A stretch of DNA of 64,000 bases. It comes from Chiloscyllium plagiosum. Lineage: Eukaryota. Below are positions 40,205 to 52,044 of the stretch, piece after piece; position 1 is the stretch's first letter, and each line of letters starts with the position of its first letter. The stretch spans positions 77,853,929-77,917,928 of the forward strand of contig NC_057719.1 in assembly GCF_004010195.1 (NCBI RefSeq). The letters are read 5' to 3'. Made by a program: the position numbers and the translations under genes. The notes under the pieces are model-generated. The model did not search any database and was not told where the DNA came from. It was given only the letters and a program-made list of their open reading frames with translations.

Positions 40205-42960
40205 TTTAAAATGTTTGGCAGAGAAGACAGATGAACTCAGGGCATGGTTAGGAACATGGGACTGGTACATCATAGCAATTACAGAAACATGATTCAGAGA
40301 TGGACAGGCCTGGCAGCTTAATGGTCCAGGATACAAATGCTGCAGGAAGGAAACAAAGGGAGGCAAGAGAGGAGAGGGAGTGGTGTTTTTGATAAGGGAT
40401 AGCATTACAGCTGTGCTGAGGGAGGATATTCCTGGAAATTCATCCAGGAAAGTTATTTGGATGGAACTGAGAAATAAGAAAGGGATGATCACCTTATTGG
40501 GGTTTTATTAGAGACTGCCTAACAGTCAGAGGGAAATTGAGAAACAAATTTGTAAGGAGATCTCAGTTATCTGCAAGAATAATAGGGTGGTTATGGTAGG
40601 GGATTTTAATTTCCAAACATAGACTGGGACTACCATAGTATTAAGGACTTAGATGGAGAGAAATTTGTTCAGTGTGTATAAGAAAATTTTCTGATTCAGT
40701 ATGTGGATGTACCGACCAGAGAAGGTGCAAAACTTGACCTACTCAAGGTGCAAAACTTGACCTACTCTTGGGAAATAAGGCAGCGCAGGTGACTGAGGTG
40801 TCAGTGGGGAAGCACTTTGCGGCAGCAACCATAATTTTACTATTTTAAAAACAGTGATGGAAAAGGATAGACTAGATCTAAAAGTTGAAGTTCTAAATTA
40901 GAGGAAGGCCAATTTTGATGGCATTAAGCAAGAACTTTCGACGGTTGGAAAATGGGAAGCCTTCAGAAATGAGGTAACGAGAGTCCAGAGACAATATATT
41001 CCTGTGAAAGGAAAGGCTGGTAGGTGTAAGGAATGCTGGAAATTGAGGTTTTGGTTAAGAAAAGGAAGGAAGCATATGTCAGGTATAGACAAGATAGATC
41101 GAGTGAATTCTTAGAAGAGTATAAAGGCAGTAGGAGTATACTTAAGAGAATCAGGAGGGCAAAAAGGGGACATGGAATAGTTAAGGAGAAACCAAAGGGT
41201 TTTTACAAATACATTAAGGACAAAAGGGTAACTCTGGAGAGAATAGGGCCCCTCAAAGATCAACAAGGTGGCCTTTGTGTGGAGCAGCAGAAAATGGGGG
41301 AAATACTAAACGAGTATTTTGCATCATTATTTACTGAGGAAAAGGACATGGAAGATGTAGAATGTAGGGAAATAGATGGTGACATCTAGAGTACTGTCCA
41401 TATTACAGAAGTAGTAGTGCTGGATGTCTTGAAATGCATAAAAATGGATAAATCTCCAGGATGTGATCGAGTGTATCCTAGAACTCTATGGGAAGCTAGG
41501 AAAGTAATTGCTGGGCCTCTTGCTGAGACTGGAGGTTGGCTAACATGGTGCCACTGTTTAAAAAAGGTGGTAAGGACAAGCCAAGGAACTTTAGACCAGT
41601 GAGCCTGACATCGGTGGTGGGCAAGTTGTTGGAGGGAATCCTGAGGAACAGGATGTACATGTATTTGGAAAGGCAAGGACTGATTAGGGATAGTCAACAT
41701 GGCTTTGTGCGTTGGAAATCATGTCTCACAAACTTGATTGATTTTTTTTGAAGAAGTAACAAAGAAGATTGATGAGGACAGAGGGGTAGATGTGATCTAT
41801 ATGGACTTCAGTAAGGTGTTCGACAACGTTCCCCATGGGACACTGGTTAGCAAGGTTAGATCTCATGGAATACAGGTAGAACTAGCCATTTGGATACAGA
41901 ACTGGCTCAAAGGTAGAAGACAGAGGGTGGTGGTGGAGGGTTGTTTTTCAGACTGGAGGCCTGTGACCAATGGAGGGCCACAAGGATTGATGCGGGGTCC
42001 GTTATTTTACATCACTTATACAAATGATTTAGTTGTGAGCATAAGAGGTATAGATGACACCAAAATTGGAGGAGTAGTGGACATGAAAGAAGGTTATCTC
42101 TGATTACAATGGGATCTTGATCAGATGGGCCAATGGGCTGAGGAGTGGCAGATGAAGTTTAATTCAGATAAATGCGAGGTGCCGCATTTTGGGAAGGTAA
42201 GTCTTAGCAGGGCTTGTACACTTAAAGGTAAGGTCCTAGGGAGTGTTGCTGAACAAAGAGACCTTGGAGTGCAGGTTCATAGCTCCTTGAAAGTGGAGTC
42301 GCAGGTAGATAGGATAGTGAAAAGGGTGTTTGGTATGCTTTCCTTCGGTGGTCAGAGTATTGAGTACAAGAGTTGGGAGGTCATGTTCTGGCTATACAGG
42401 ACATTGGTTAGGCCACTGTTGGAATATTGCATGCAATTCTGGTCTCCCTATCGAAAGTGTATTGTGAAACATGAAAGGGTTCAGAAAAGATTTACAAGGA
42501 TGCTGCCAGGGTTGGAAGATTTGAGCTATCGGGAGAGGTTGAATAGACTGTAGCTGTTTTCCCTGGAGCCTCGGAGGCTGAGGGGTGACATTATAGAAGT
42601 TTACAAAATCATGAGGGGCATGGATAGGATAAATAGACAAAGTATTTTCCCTGGGATGGGGGAGTTCAGAACTAGGGGGCATAGGTTTAGGGTGAGAGAG
42701 GACAGATATAAAAGAGACCTACAGGGCAATCTTTTCACATACAAGGTGGTATGTGTATGGAATGAGCTGCCAGGAAGTGGTGGAGGCTGGTACAATGCAA
42801 CATTTGAAAGGCATCGGGATGGCTATATGAATAAGAGGGGTTTGGAGAGATTTGGGCCGGGTGCTGTCAGGTTGGACTAGATTGGGTTGGGATATCTGGT
42901 CAGCATGGACAAGTTGGACTGAAGGGTCTGTTTTCGTGCTGTACATCTATATGACTCTGT
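40205..42960 (+). mobile_element. CR1 LINE, nearly entire ORF2 + 3' UTR, frameshifted
   Basis: WDWYIIAITET, NFRPVSLTSVVGKLLE, QHGFVRWKSCLTNL, YMDFSKVFD, DDTKIGG, TLVRPLLEYC, TRGHRFRV. Confidence 0.92.
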
Positions 42961-44123
42961 AAGGTGAGAGGAGCAGTTGTTAGTGTCTGTTTGATCTGCC
43001 AAAGTGCAGCAACTCATCTAGGAAAAAATAGGAAATTGCAACATTATCTTAATTTGCCAGCTCAAGAGTGGAATTAATTGCAGATAAATAGTGGTGCTTA
43101 ACTTGGATAGAACTGTGATCTAAAGTGTTGAAGTATGAAAGTAGATATGGCAAATGAAGGAATCAAATAAGTTTTCAATTTTATAAACTTAAAAATTCAT
43201 TGCAATTGAAATTAAGACTGCATTTTCACCTGCGCTTTGGCACCATTAGCAATTCAAAGAATCAAAACCAGCTTATTTTGTTCAGAAACCGTAACAACAG
43301 GGTTGTCAGGTGATCTACCTTTAGTTTGTTTAGTCTGACTAAAGCCTGACTGGAAATTAGTGTAAGGATAGGCAGTTAATCAGTATTAACGAAGGAATTA
43401 GGGAGTGTGCAGTATGTTGTCAGCAACCATATTTCAACTGGATCAGTTTTTAATTGTTGCTCCCAGTGCTGACAAATGTTCATGTGTTAGTTTGATTATC
43501 TGTACAAAAGGTTTGTCATCACTTTGTCAGTAGTTAATTTAAAATATTGGTACTAGTTCACAACGGAGAAAAGAATTTGGCTCAAATCAATATTTTATGC
43601 CTTTATTTAACCATTTCACATTCCTTCCACCACTACCAAAAACTGACCAGTACTGCTGGGATTTGGCTATCATATCAAACTGCTCAAATTCCTTGTTTGG
43701 ACGTATATTGATCAGTGTTGGGAAGGAAATGTTCTTTGTATGTGGTTTGTTGTGCAGTAGAAATGACTTAGAGATTTCACCTGTCCATAAAAATATTTTT
43801 GCATATTACAGCACTAATTTTTTAGTTTCCTGCTTTTTGTTTCACGCATATTTATGTGGTGGCAACCATAGAATATCAGTCCACTAACGGCTTTCTTTTA
43901 ATTTAAGTCATGCTATTTTGGCTTCCTCAGATGGTGGAGTGCAAAGATGTTGTGTTCTAAACTATGCAAGGGATTAACACAACCCTTGGAATGCAGAAAT
44001 TCAAACCCGAGTATGAACCTTCCTCAATATTTTAAACAGAGAACTAGTATTTCCAAGTCAGTAATTAATCATCATTTATTGTAAATAGTAGGCTATTTTA
44101 TATATGTATTAGGTTCTTTTTCT

Positions 44124-44690
44124 TGATTTGGAGATGCCGGTGTTGGACTGGGGTGTACAAAGTTAAAAATCACACAACGCTAGGTTATAGTTCAACAGGT
44201 TTAATTAGAAGCACACTAGTTTTGGAGCGCCGCTCCTCCATCAGGTGGTTGTGGAGGACACAATTGTAAGGCACAGAATTTATAGCAAAAATTTACAGTG
44301 TGATGTAACTGAAATTATACATTGAAGAATACCTTGATTGTCTGTTGAGTCTTTCATCTGTTCGAATTCCATGATAGCTTCACTACTTTCATGTGTAAAT
44401 CTCAAAACCTTTTTGTAAAAGTTGTGTTCTCTGGTTAGCTGTAACAATTGGTGTTAACTTGACAATATGTTGAAGGTGTTAGCCTCTGTTCTCTGTCAAT
44501 GCCATGATGTTTAGATTGATTTTAATCTAAAAAGTGAGATAACAGAGTTTTACATGAATTCATGCAGTTTTTGAGCAAAGAACAATGTAACTTTGCAAGT
44601 ACAAATTCACCCCACAAAATATGTGTGCATGTGGGTCTTTGTGTCTGTCTGTGTGTGTGTATCTGTCTGGGTTGGGGGTTGTGAGTGTGA
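44124..44690 (-). repeat. PLE 3' pseudo-LTR with degenerate hammerhead (~44214-44247)
   Basis: Direct repeat of 47364-47908. Minus strand reads cac-CUGAUGG-A-GGAGCggcGCUCC-AAAA-CUA-gug (core mutated). Confidence 0.85.
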
Positions 44691-44732
44691 GAGAGAGTGT
44701 GTGTATGGTGTGCGCGCGCGGTGCAATGGTGG

Positions 44733-47363
44733 TCACCTATAATGTGACATGAACCCAAGGTCCCAGTTGAGGCCTTCCCTATGAGTATGGAACTTAGCTA
44801 TAGCCTCTGCTCGGCCACTTTTCGCTGCTGCCTGTCCTGAAGTCTGCCTTAGAGGATCGTCACCCGAAGGTCCGAGGTCGAATGTCCTGGACCGCTGAAG
44901 TGTTCTCCACCTGGGAGGGAACACTCCTGTCTGTTGATTGTTTTGCGGTGCCCATTCATCCATTGCTATAGCCTTTGCTCGGTTTCCCCAATGTACCATG
45001 CCTCAGGGCCTCCTTGCCTGCAGCGTATAAGATAGAGAACGTCGGCTGACTCACATGAGTACCTGCCACATACATGGTGGGAGGTGTCCCCACGTGTAAT
45101 GGTAGTATCCATGTCCACACTCTGACACGTCTTGCAGCGCTTACCGTGACAGAGTTGTATGGAGTTGTCCTGAAAGCTGGGCAACTTGCTACGAGCAATG
45201 ATTGATTTGTATGAGGTTTGGCAATTGTTTAAAGGCAAGCAGTGGAGATGTGGGGAATGTCTTGGCGAGATGCATATCCTCATTGATAATGTGTTGTAGG
45301 TCACGAAGAACATGGCGTAGTTTTTCAGCTCCTGGGCAATACTGAACAACGAAGGGCATCCTGTTGGTTGCAACACGTGTCTGTCTCCTGAGGAGGTCAT
45401 TACGGTTCCTTACTGTGGCACGTTGGAACTGGCGGTTGATGAGTTGAGCATCGTACCCTGTTCTTGTGAGGGCATCCCTGAGTACTTCAGGTGCCCATCA
45501 TCTGAGCAGATCCGGTGTATGCGTAGGGCTTGTCCATAGGGGATGGCTGTTTTAATATGTTTTCGGTGTAAGCTGGAGAAGTGTAGCATTGTGAGGTTGT
45601 CTGTGGGTTTGCGGTAGAGTGTGGTGCTGAGGTGTCCATCCTTGGAGATGCATGTGTCCAAGAATGAGACAGATAGTAGAGAGTAGTCCATGGTGAGTTT
45701 GATGGTGGGATGAAACTTGTTGATGTCACTGTGTAGTTTTACCAGTGACTCCTCGCCATGGGTCCAGAGGAAGAAAATGTCATCAATGTACCTGGTGTAC
45801 AATGTTGGTTGGAGATCCTGCGTAGAGAAGTCTTGTTTGAACCTGTACATAAAGATGTTGGCATATTGGGGTGCAAAGTTGGTCCCTATTGTTGTTCCAT
45901 GTGTCTGGATGAAGAACTAGTTGTCAAAGGTGAAGACGTTGTGATCGAGGATAAAGCGGATGAGTTGTAGGATGGTGTTTAAAGATTGGTAGTTGTAGGT
46001 GTTGAGTACTGAGGCTGTTGCCATGATGCCATCATTGTAGGGGATGCTGGTGTAGAGTGCGGAAACATCCGTTGTGACGAGGAATGTTCCCGGTTCGACT
46101 GGTCAGTGGGTGCTGAGTTTCTGTAAGAAATCAGTAGTGTCACGACAGAAGCTGGGGATCCCCTGTACAATAGGTTTCAAGATGCCTTCAACACAGCCCG
46201 AGAGATTGTCACACAGGGTCCCATTGCCCGATACAATGGGACGTCCTGGTGTGTTGGCTTTGTGTACCTTTGGAAGGCAGTAGAAGTCGCCTACATGAGA
46301 AGTACGTGGGATGAGGCCACGTAGGGAACTCTGTTCAGGACTTTGGATCTAGCCCTTCAATGTGTTTAATTCACCGGTGTGTTCTTTGGTCGGATCAGCT
46401 GGTAGTTGCCTGTAGTATTCCTGGTTGTTCAGTTGTCGGTACACTTCCTTGCAGTAATCTGTTCTATTCTGAGTGACAATGGCTCCTCCTTTATCTGCTG
46501 ATTTGATGACAATGTTGTGATTGGTTTTGAGAGCCTGGATGGCATTGCGTTGTGAACGGGTGATGTTTTGCTCTACGGCTGATGAATCTGGCATTTATAT
46601 ATTTGCTGACGGTTTGAGCATACATGTCAAGCCCAGGACAGCGACCCTCCAGTGGAGTCCAAGTTGACACCTTTGGTCGCTCCTCTACAGATCCTTGTGA
46701 TGACTGTTCTAATTTTTCAGTGGGCTCATTGGGATCACTGCTGGCATCTTTAAAGGATTCCCGGAATCTCATTCGTCTGATGAACTCCTCCGTGTCTGCT
46801 GCAAGAACCAACGGGTCCATTTTGGTGGTGGGGCAGAAGTTGAGATCCCTGCTTAGGACTTCAATCTCTTCCAGTCAAAGGGTGTGGTCTGATAAGATGA
46901 TAATGGACTTCCCGCAGTGATAATGTTGTCTACTGTGGTGCCAGGGCGGGCTTTGCTATTACTGGTGAGAATGCCAAGTTTCTCCAGTTTTTTTGTTCTT
47001 GGTGTGCATGTACATGGTATAGTTTTGTCGCCTTGTCTATTTGGCAACGTCGCGTAATTGTACTGCTGTATCCTGAGCGCAGGTTGAGAGTGTGGACTTC
47101 ATCTGAATTTCAAGGTTGCGTCGCCTGCTGTAGAGTTAGTGCACGAGATGATTGAGGAGTTTGCGAGAGGTGCGGTGGCAAAGTTTCTCAGCATAATCTG
47201 TGTTGTAGGTCGACTTGAGTGGGTTCGTGATCCCTAATCCTTTTGGGATCTTTCCTGCTTGCCTGAATTTCTGTAGAAACTTGATGTCTGTGTTAATATG
47301 TGCGATCTTCTTGGAGATCCTCTCCACTTTAAACTGACAGTTAGTGGTGTCGATAGAAGTCAT
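44733..47363 (-). pseudogene. PLE polyprotein (RT, Cys-rich linker, GIY-YIG endonuclease), frameshifted
   Basis: Start MTSIDTTNCQF lies directly after the pLTR. Motifs: IVIKSADKGGAIV, RYIDDIFFLW, LYRKPTDN, IPYGQALRIHRICSD, CHGKRCKTC, YSCESADVLYLIRC...WYIGETEQRL and terminal HREGLN. The ORF is split over several frames. Confidence 0.9.
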
Positions 47364-47908
47364 GATTTGGAGATGCCGGTGTTGGACTGGGGTGTACAAA
47401 GTTTAAAAATCACGCAACACCAGGTGATAGTCCAACAGGTTTAATTGGAAGCACACTCGTTTCGGAGTGCTGCTCCTTCATCTGGTGATTGTGGAGGACA
47501 CCATTGTAAGGCACAGAATTTATAGCAAACATTTAGTGTGATGTAACTGAAATTATACATTGAAAAATACCTTGATTGTCTGTTGAGTCTTTCATCTGTT
47601 CAAATACCATGATAGTTTCACTTCTTTCATATGTAAATCACAAAACCTTTTTTTAAAAGCTGCATTCTCTAGTTAGCTGTAACAATTGGTGTTAGCTAGA
47701 CAGTATGTTGAAGAGTGTTGAAGGTGTTAGCCCCCTGTGTTTTCTGTCAATGCCATGATGTTTAGATTGATTCTCAGCTAAAAAGTTTTGCATGAATTCA
47801 TGCAGTTTTTGAGCAAAGAACAATGTAACTTTGCAAGTACAAATTCACCCCACAAAATGTGTGTGCATGTGGCTCTGTGTGTCTGTCTGGGTTGGGGGTT
47901 GTGAGTGT
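47364..47908 (-). repeat. PLE 5' pseudo-LTR with degenerate hammerhead (~47454-47487)
   Basis: Direct repeat of 44125-44690. Minus strand reads cac-CAGAUGA-A-GGAGcagcaCUCC-GAAA-CG. GT-rich sequence extends to ~48100. Confidence 0.85.
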
Positions 47909-49001
47909 AGAGTGTCTTAAGTCTGTGAGGGGATGCATGTGGGAGTGTGTGCGTGTGACTGGGGTGGGGGTTTGTGAGTGTCTGTCAGAGAGAGTGCATA
48001 TGTGTGTGCATGAGTGCAGAGTGGTCTAAGTCTCTGAGAGGATGCCTGTGTGAGTAAGGGGGTGTGTGGGTGTATGTGTGCGTATCTGTGTATGTGTGAT
48101 GCAACTGCAATACGTCAACTTCTGTAAACAGCCAAAATTTATTAAGCAAGTATGAGCTTTTGGAGGAGCCCTTAACACTCTTCGCAGAGCCATGTCAAGA
48201 GCCCTCTCTGAACAAGGGAACAGTCTTCCCTTTACATCACCAGCAGGAATGCCCAGAAGACAACCCCAGCCACTCCACCATAGTAATTTGTCATTCAAGA
48301 CACGCGGTGATTTGATTATTTTCAGAAACAATGTGATATGTGATTTAGATCAAACCTTAATGGCAAGATCTGGTGTAAATCTTTTTTTTTTGAAACTGCA
48401 GGGTGTAGTTAGAATCTTAACTGCAATGTTCTTACTGCCATCTCTTACTATTCAGAATCAATGTAATTTTTTTTCATTCTACCTGCAAGATAGAGAAACA
48501 TAACAGCCTACTCCCCAGGACATCCAATTTCTTGAAGATCAGCAGAGCAAATTAACCCCTTAACATTTCAAATGGGCAAAAGATTGTTCCTGAAATATCA
48601 AGCGCTTGGGTGATAAAAGACTAAAAGTATATAAATAGAAATGTGGCAATTCTATGGCATGTTGGTGATCTTTAATGTCAGAAGGGACCAGTGATGTTTG
48701 CATTTTCCTCTCTGTATACATGGTGTATGTAACTTACTACAGAATGAAGCAATGTTATCTTCTACATCCTGGGTTCCAATTGTGTTACATTTTACAATAT
48801 TCTTTCTTTTTTTCTCCCCCCATTCCTTGCTGCATATCTCCTTGGCTTTACTGAGTTCACCAAAATCTTCAATTCTAATGCTGTTCACCCGCTATAAAGC
48901 AAAAGTTGCTTCCTTTTTTCAATCAGAGAATTAGTTGAGGACATCAGAGGAAAGGTGGACCACAATATATTTTATGATCATTAAAATAGCTACTTACATA
49001 G

Positions 49002-49118
49002 CACTGCAGATGCTGGAGGGTTAGAGTCAAAAGGTGTGGCACTGGAAAAGCACAGCAAGTCAGGCAGCATCCGAGGAACAGACAGTTGCTGTTTTGGGCA
49101 TAAGCCCTTCATCCGGAA
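49002..49118 (-). mobile_element. PLE family A pLTR fragment with decayed hammerhead
   Basis: ctgcagatgctgg...ggaaaagcacagcaagtcaggcagcatcc...gggcataagcccttcatc. Confidence 0.7.
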
Positions 49119-49407
49119 CAGCAATTTTTATATAAATATATTTTGTTCAAGTTCCAATCTACGATCATTGACCCAAAATAGTAGCTCCTTTGCTGAGAGA
49201 TATGCTTTTTAGTTCTAAGTTTGCTCGCTGAGCTGGTGAATTTGTTCTCAGACGTTTTGTCGTCATTTCCAAAATCTCAGAAATGCTATTTCTAAAAAAA
49301 AATTATCGGATTTCCAGCATCTGTAGTATTTTGCTTATAGGTTAAAGGTTTCAAAACATTTAGTAAATACAAAATAACGGTTTCTTTTTTTTTGTTCTCT
49401 TTTTTAG

Positions 49408-49668
49408 GTTTCATTTAAGCCTTGGCAATTGTGATTATATCATCTAAAATCCATTTTGTGATGATGTGTGGATCATTTGACAGTAGCCCCAATTAAAAAC
49501 AATGCCAAGATGAACATATGTGAAAAGATACTACAGAGTGACAGATATTTGTAAACAACATAATCCTTCAAATTGAGTTGCTTGGAGGTTGTCCTCAAGG
49601 AGATTCTTTCTTTCAAAAGAGATGGTTGCACATTTAATAGAAGCTGTTGGGAGAAACCAGTGTGGAGC
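49408..49668 (+). other. SIPA1L1: Untranslated 5' part of the SIPA1L1 coding exon, with uORFs
   Basis: A strong polypyrimidine tract and AG acceptor (tttctttttttttgttctcttttttAG, AG at 49406-49407) lies 261 nt upstream of the ATG. Confidence 0.75.
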
Positions 49669-51187
49669 ATGACCAGTCTAAAACGATCCCAGACTGAAAA
49701 AGTGGGTATTGGTGCCACTTCGGTTGGGCCTGAACTAACTATTGGTGCACGTTCTGATGACTTCTATGCACGTCGTTTCCGAACACCAAATGGCACATTT
49801 GGTTCATCTAGTATAACAGGGCCGCCACCACGAAGTGAAAGTGCTCACTATGTTGGTTCAATGCCAGGTGTGCCTAAAATGGGTGTTCGAGCAAGGATTG
49901 CTGACTGGCCTCCCAGAAAAGACATGGCTAAAGAGTCGTGTAGAACAAGTGATCAGGAGTCTGCAGGAAGCCCAGATGGCACAATCATGTCTATCCACTC
50001 TGGTAGCCCAAACAGCCGAATGAGCCAAAGTAATCAAAATTCTCTGGAGTCCTTGGCATCAAGGAGGATACACAGTGACTACCTACAACCCAAGGCCCAA
50101 GAGATGGAGAACTTGGATTCTAGGTTTCTTACACCAGATGGTTACCTTCAGTCTCCTGCAAAAGGCCTTCGCAGAATAAGGCAGCGCAGTAATAGTGACA
50201 TTACCATCAGTGAGCTGGATGTCGATGGAGCTGAGGAGTATGGAGCATTGAGCCATAAAATGGGAACTGCCCTTCACCGTGAATATGGCAGCACTTCCTC
50301 CATTGACAAACATGGAATGTCAGGGGACAGTTTTTTTGATTTGCTAAAGGGTTATAGAAATGAACAGTCTGATCAGCGAAGCCCAGCACCAGAACAACTG
50401 AGTGAATTACTGAAGGCAGAGGCCAGTAAAGCCTATGGTTCAAACGTTGAAAGCACCAAATCTGACTTTGTGGATGGTTTCTTTTCACACCGAGGGAGCC
50501 CAAGGCCACTCCATAAAGAAAGGGAGAAACCACTTAAGCGACGATCGAAATCTGAGACGGGGGATTCTTCTATTTTTCGCAAATTGCGCAATGCCAAAGG
50601 TGAAAGTGAGCTAGGCAAATCAGCAGACTTTGAGGACAGCAAATCAGAAGACAGTGTGAAGGGTTGGACTTGTCAAAAGTGCTTTGCTCATTATGACGTG
50701 CAGAGTGTGCTCTTTGACTTGAATGAAGCCGTGACAACCAGGCACAATGTCATTAAGAGGAGGAACACCACGACAGGTGCATCTGCAGCTGCTGCTGCCT
50801 CACTGGCTGCTGGTCCACTGGCCCATTCAATCAGCTTCAGCTCTCCTTCAGGTAGTACAGAGGACCTGAATTCAAAAGAAAATCTCAATGTAGACTACGG
50901 GGATGAGAAAAGCAATGAACTTGTGCTGAGCTGTTCATACTTCAGGAATGAGATTGGTGGAGAAGGAGAGCGTAAGATAAGTCTATCGCGAACGAATTCT
51001 GGATCACTGAGTGGATTTGAAACCACATCTGAATTTTCCCTGAGCTCTCACTGCACAAATGCAGGAGTTGCTGTGCTAGAGATATCAAAAGAAAACTTGG
51101 CAGTACATTGTGAAAAGGTGAAGAGGTACATTGTGGAGCATGTGGACCTTGGAGCTTACTATTATCGGAAATACTTCCATCAAAAAG
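49669..51187 (+). CDS. SIPA1L1: SIPA1L1 (signal-induced proliferation-associated 1-like 1 / SPAR, Rap GAP), first coding exon; 506 codons + 1 nt, remainder lies outside this window
   Basis: Translation starts [10 protein letters not shown] and contains [105 protein letters not shown] and [14 protein letters not shown], which I recognise as vertebrate SIPA1L1. Phase-1 donor AAG|GTAAAG at 51187/51188. Confidence 0.95.
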
Positions 51188-51563
51188 GTAAAGCCATTAT
51201 TTAATTGCTGTCAGCATCTCTAGTGGAGGAAGTGATTGGTCAGAAGTGCCTCACTTGTGATGAGACAGTTTTCAAAAAGTGATTTTAGAGTTTCTGGCCT
51301 GCGAATATAGACATCAGATTTTATCTAAAAACAGGTAGCCTTGAAAAAGAGTTCTTAATGGGAGAATTACAAGGAACTGCTTTTAAGTTAGTATATTTTT
51401 AGAATAAATTAATCAATCCTCTGCATTAAAATTGATCTATTATTAAAATAACTGGAGAGGTGTCATTTATGGCCAATCGTATTTAATGCAGTTATTGATG
51501 TGAAGGACCATGAGGTAGGATGGTAGTCAGTAGCAATAGTTCCATGTTATGCTGGTTTACGTA

Positions 51564-51775
51564 AGGAGAAAGTGAGGACTGCAGATGCTGGAGATCAGAG
51601 TCAGGAGTTTATTGCTGGGAAAGCACAGCAGGTCAGGTAGCATCCAAGGATCAGGAGAACTGACGTTTCGGGCTTAAGTCCTTCATCAGGGCTTACGCCT
51701 GAAACATTGATTCTCCTGCTCCTCGGATGCTGCCTGACCTGCTGTGCTTTCCCAGCAACACATTCTTGACTCTGG
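51564..51775. mobile_element. PLE family A fold-back (inverted pLTR pair)
   Basis: gctgggaaagcacagcaggtcagg...agcatcc is inverted relative to ggatgctgcctgacctgctgtgctttcccagc; the arms meet within hammerhead stem II. Confidence 0.8.
51662..51689 (-). ncRNA. Minimal hammerhead ribozyme motif (PLE family A), core intact, stem I disrupted
   Basis: Minus strand CUGAUGA-A-GGAC-uuaa-GCCC-GAAAC-GUC. Confidence 0.7.
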
Positions 51776-52044
51776 ATTACACAAGGACTAATTGTGTCAC
51801 AATCCTGTGTTACAAGTATTTTATTTGGTAAATAATTTTTACCTAAACCTAAATAAGGTTAGAAATAACATTACGTATTCCAGAATTGTAATTGAACTTA
51901 ATTTCCTAAATGTTTGACAGCGAATCTAATTTAACACCCAATTTTTGCATAAATAAAACCGATCTCTATTTGCCCAAAATGTCCTTGAAAAGGGGTAATG
52001 TGTTTATTATTTTGATTGCGCTGTTGCCTTTCTTCAATCAACAC

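Larger units (their letters stand above)
44124..48100 (-). mobile_element. Near-full-length Penelope-like retroelement (Neptune-type) with direct pseudo-LTRs
   Basis: Disrupted RT + GIY-YIG ORF on the minus strand, flanked by direct repeats starting gatttggagatgccggtgttggactggggtgtacaaag at ~44125 and 47364. Confidence 0.9.

Noticed and set aside
40722..40767. 23-bp tandem duplication
   Set aside because: Ordinary slippage-type duplication inside a dead CR1.
47880..48100. GT-rich tract resembling telomeric or microsatellite DNA
   Set aside because: No TTAGGG array; a similar tract is part of the PLE pLTR/UTR at 44630-44720.
49573..49668. 32-aa N-terminal extension of SIPA1L1 in the ORF track
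   Set aside because: It starts at TTG; recognisable homology begins at MTSLKRSQ (ATG 49669).
51188..51204. C-terminal KAII* of the 543-aa ORF
   Set aside because: Read-through into the intron past the GT donor; the real protein continues in downstream exons outside the window.
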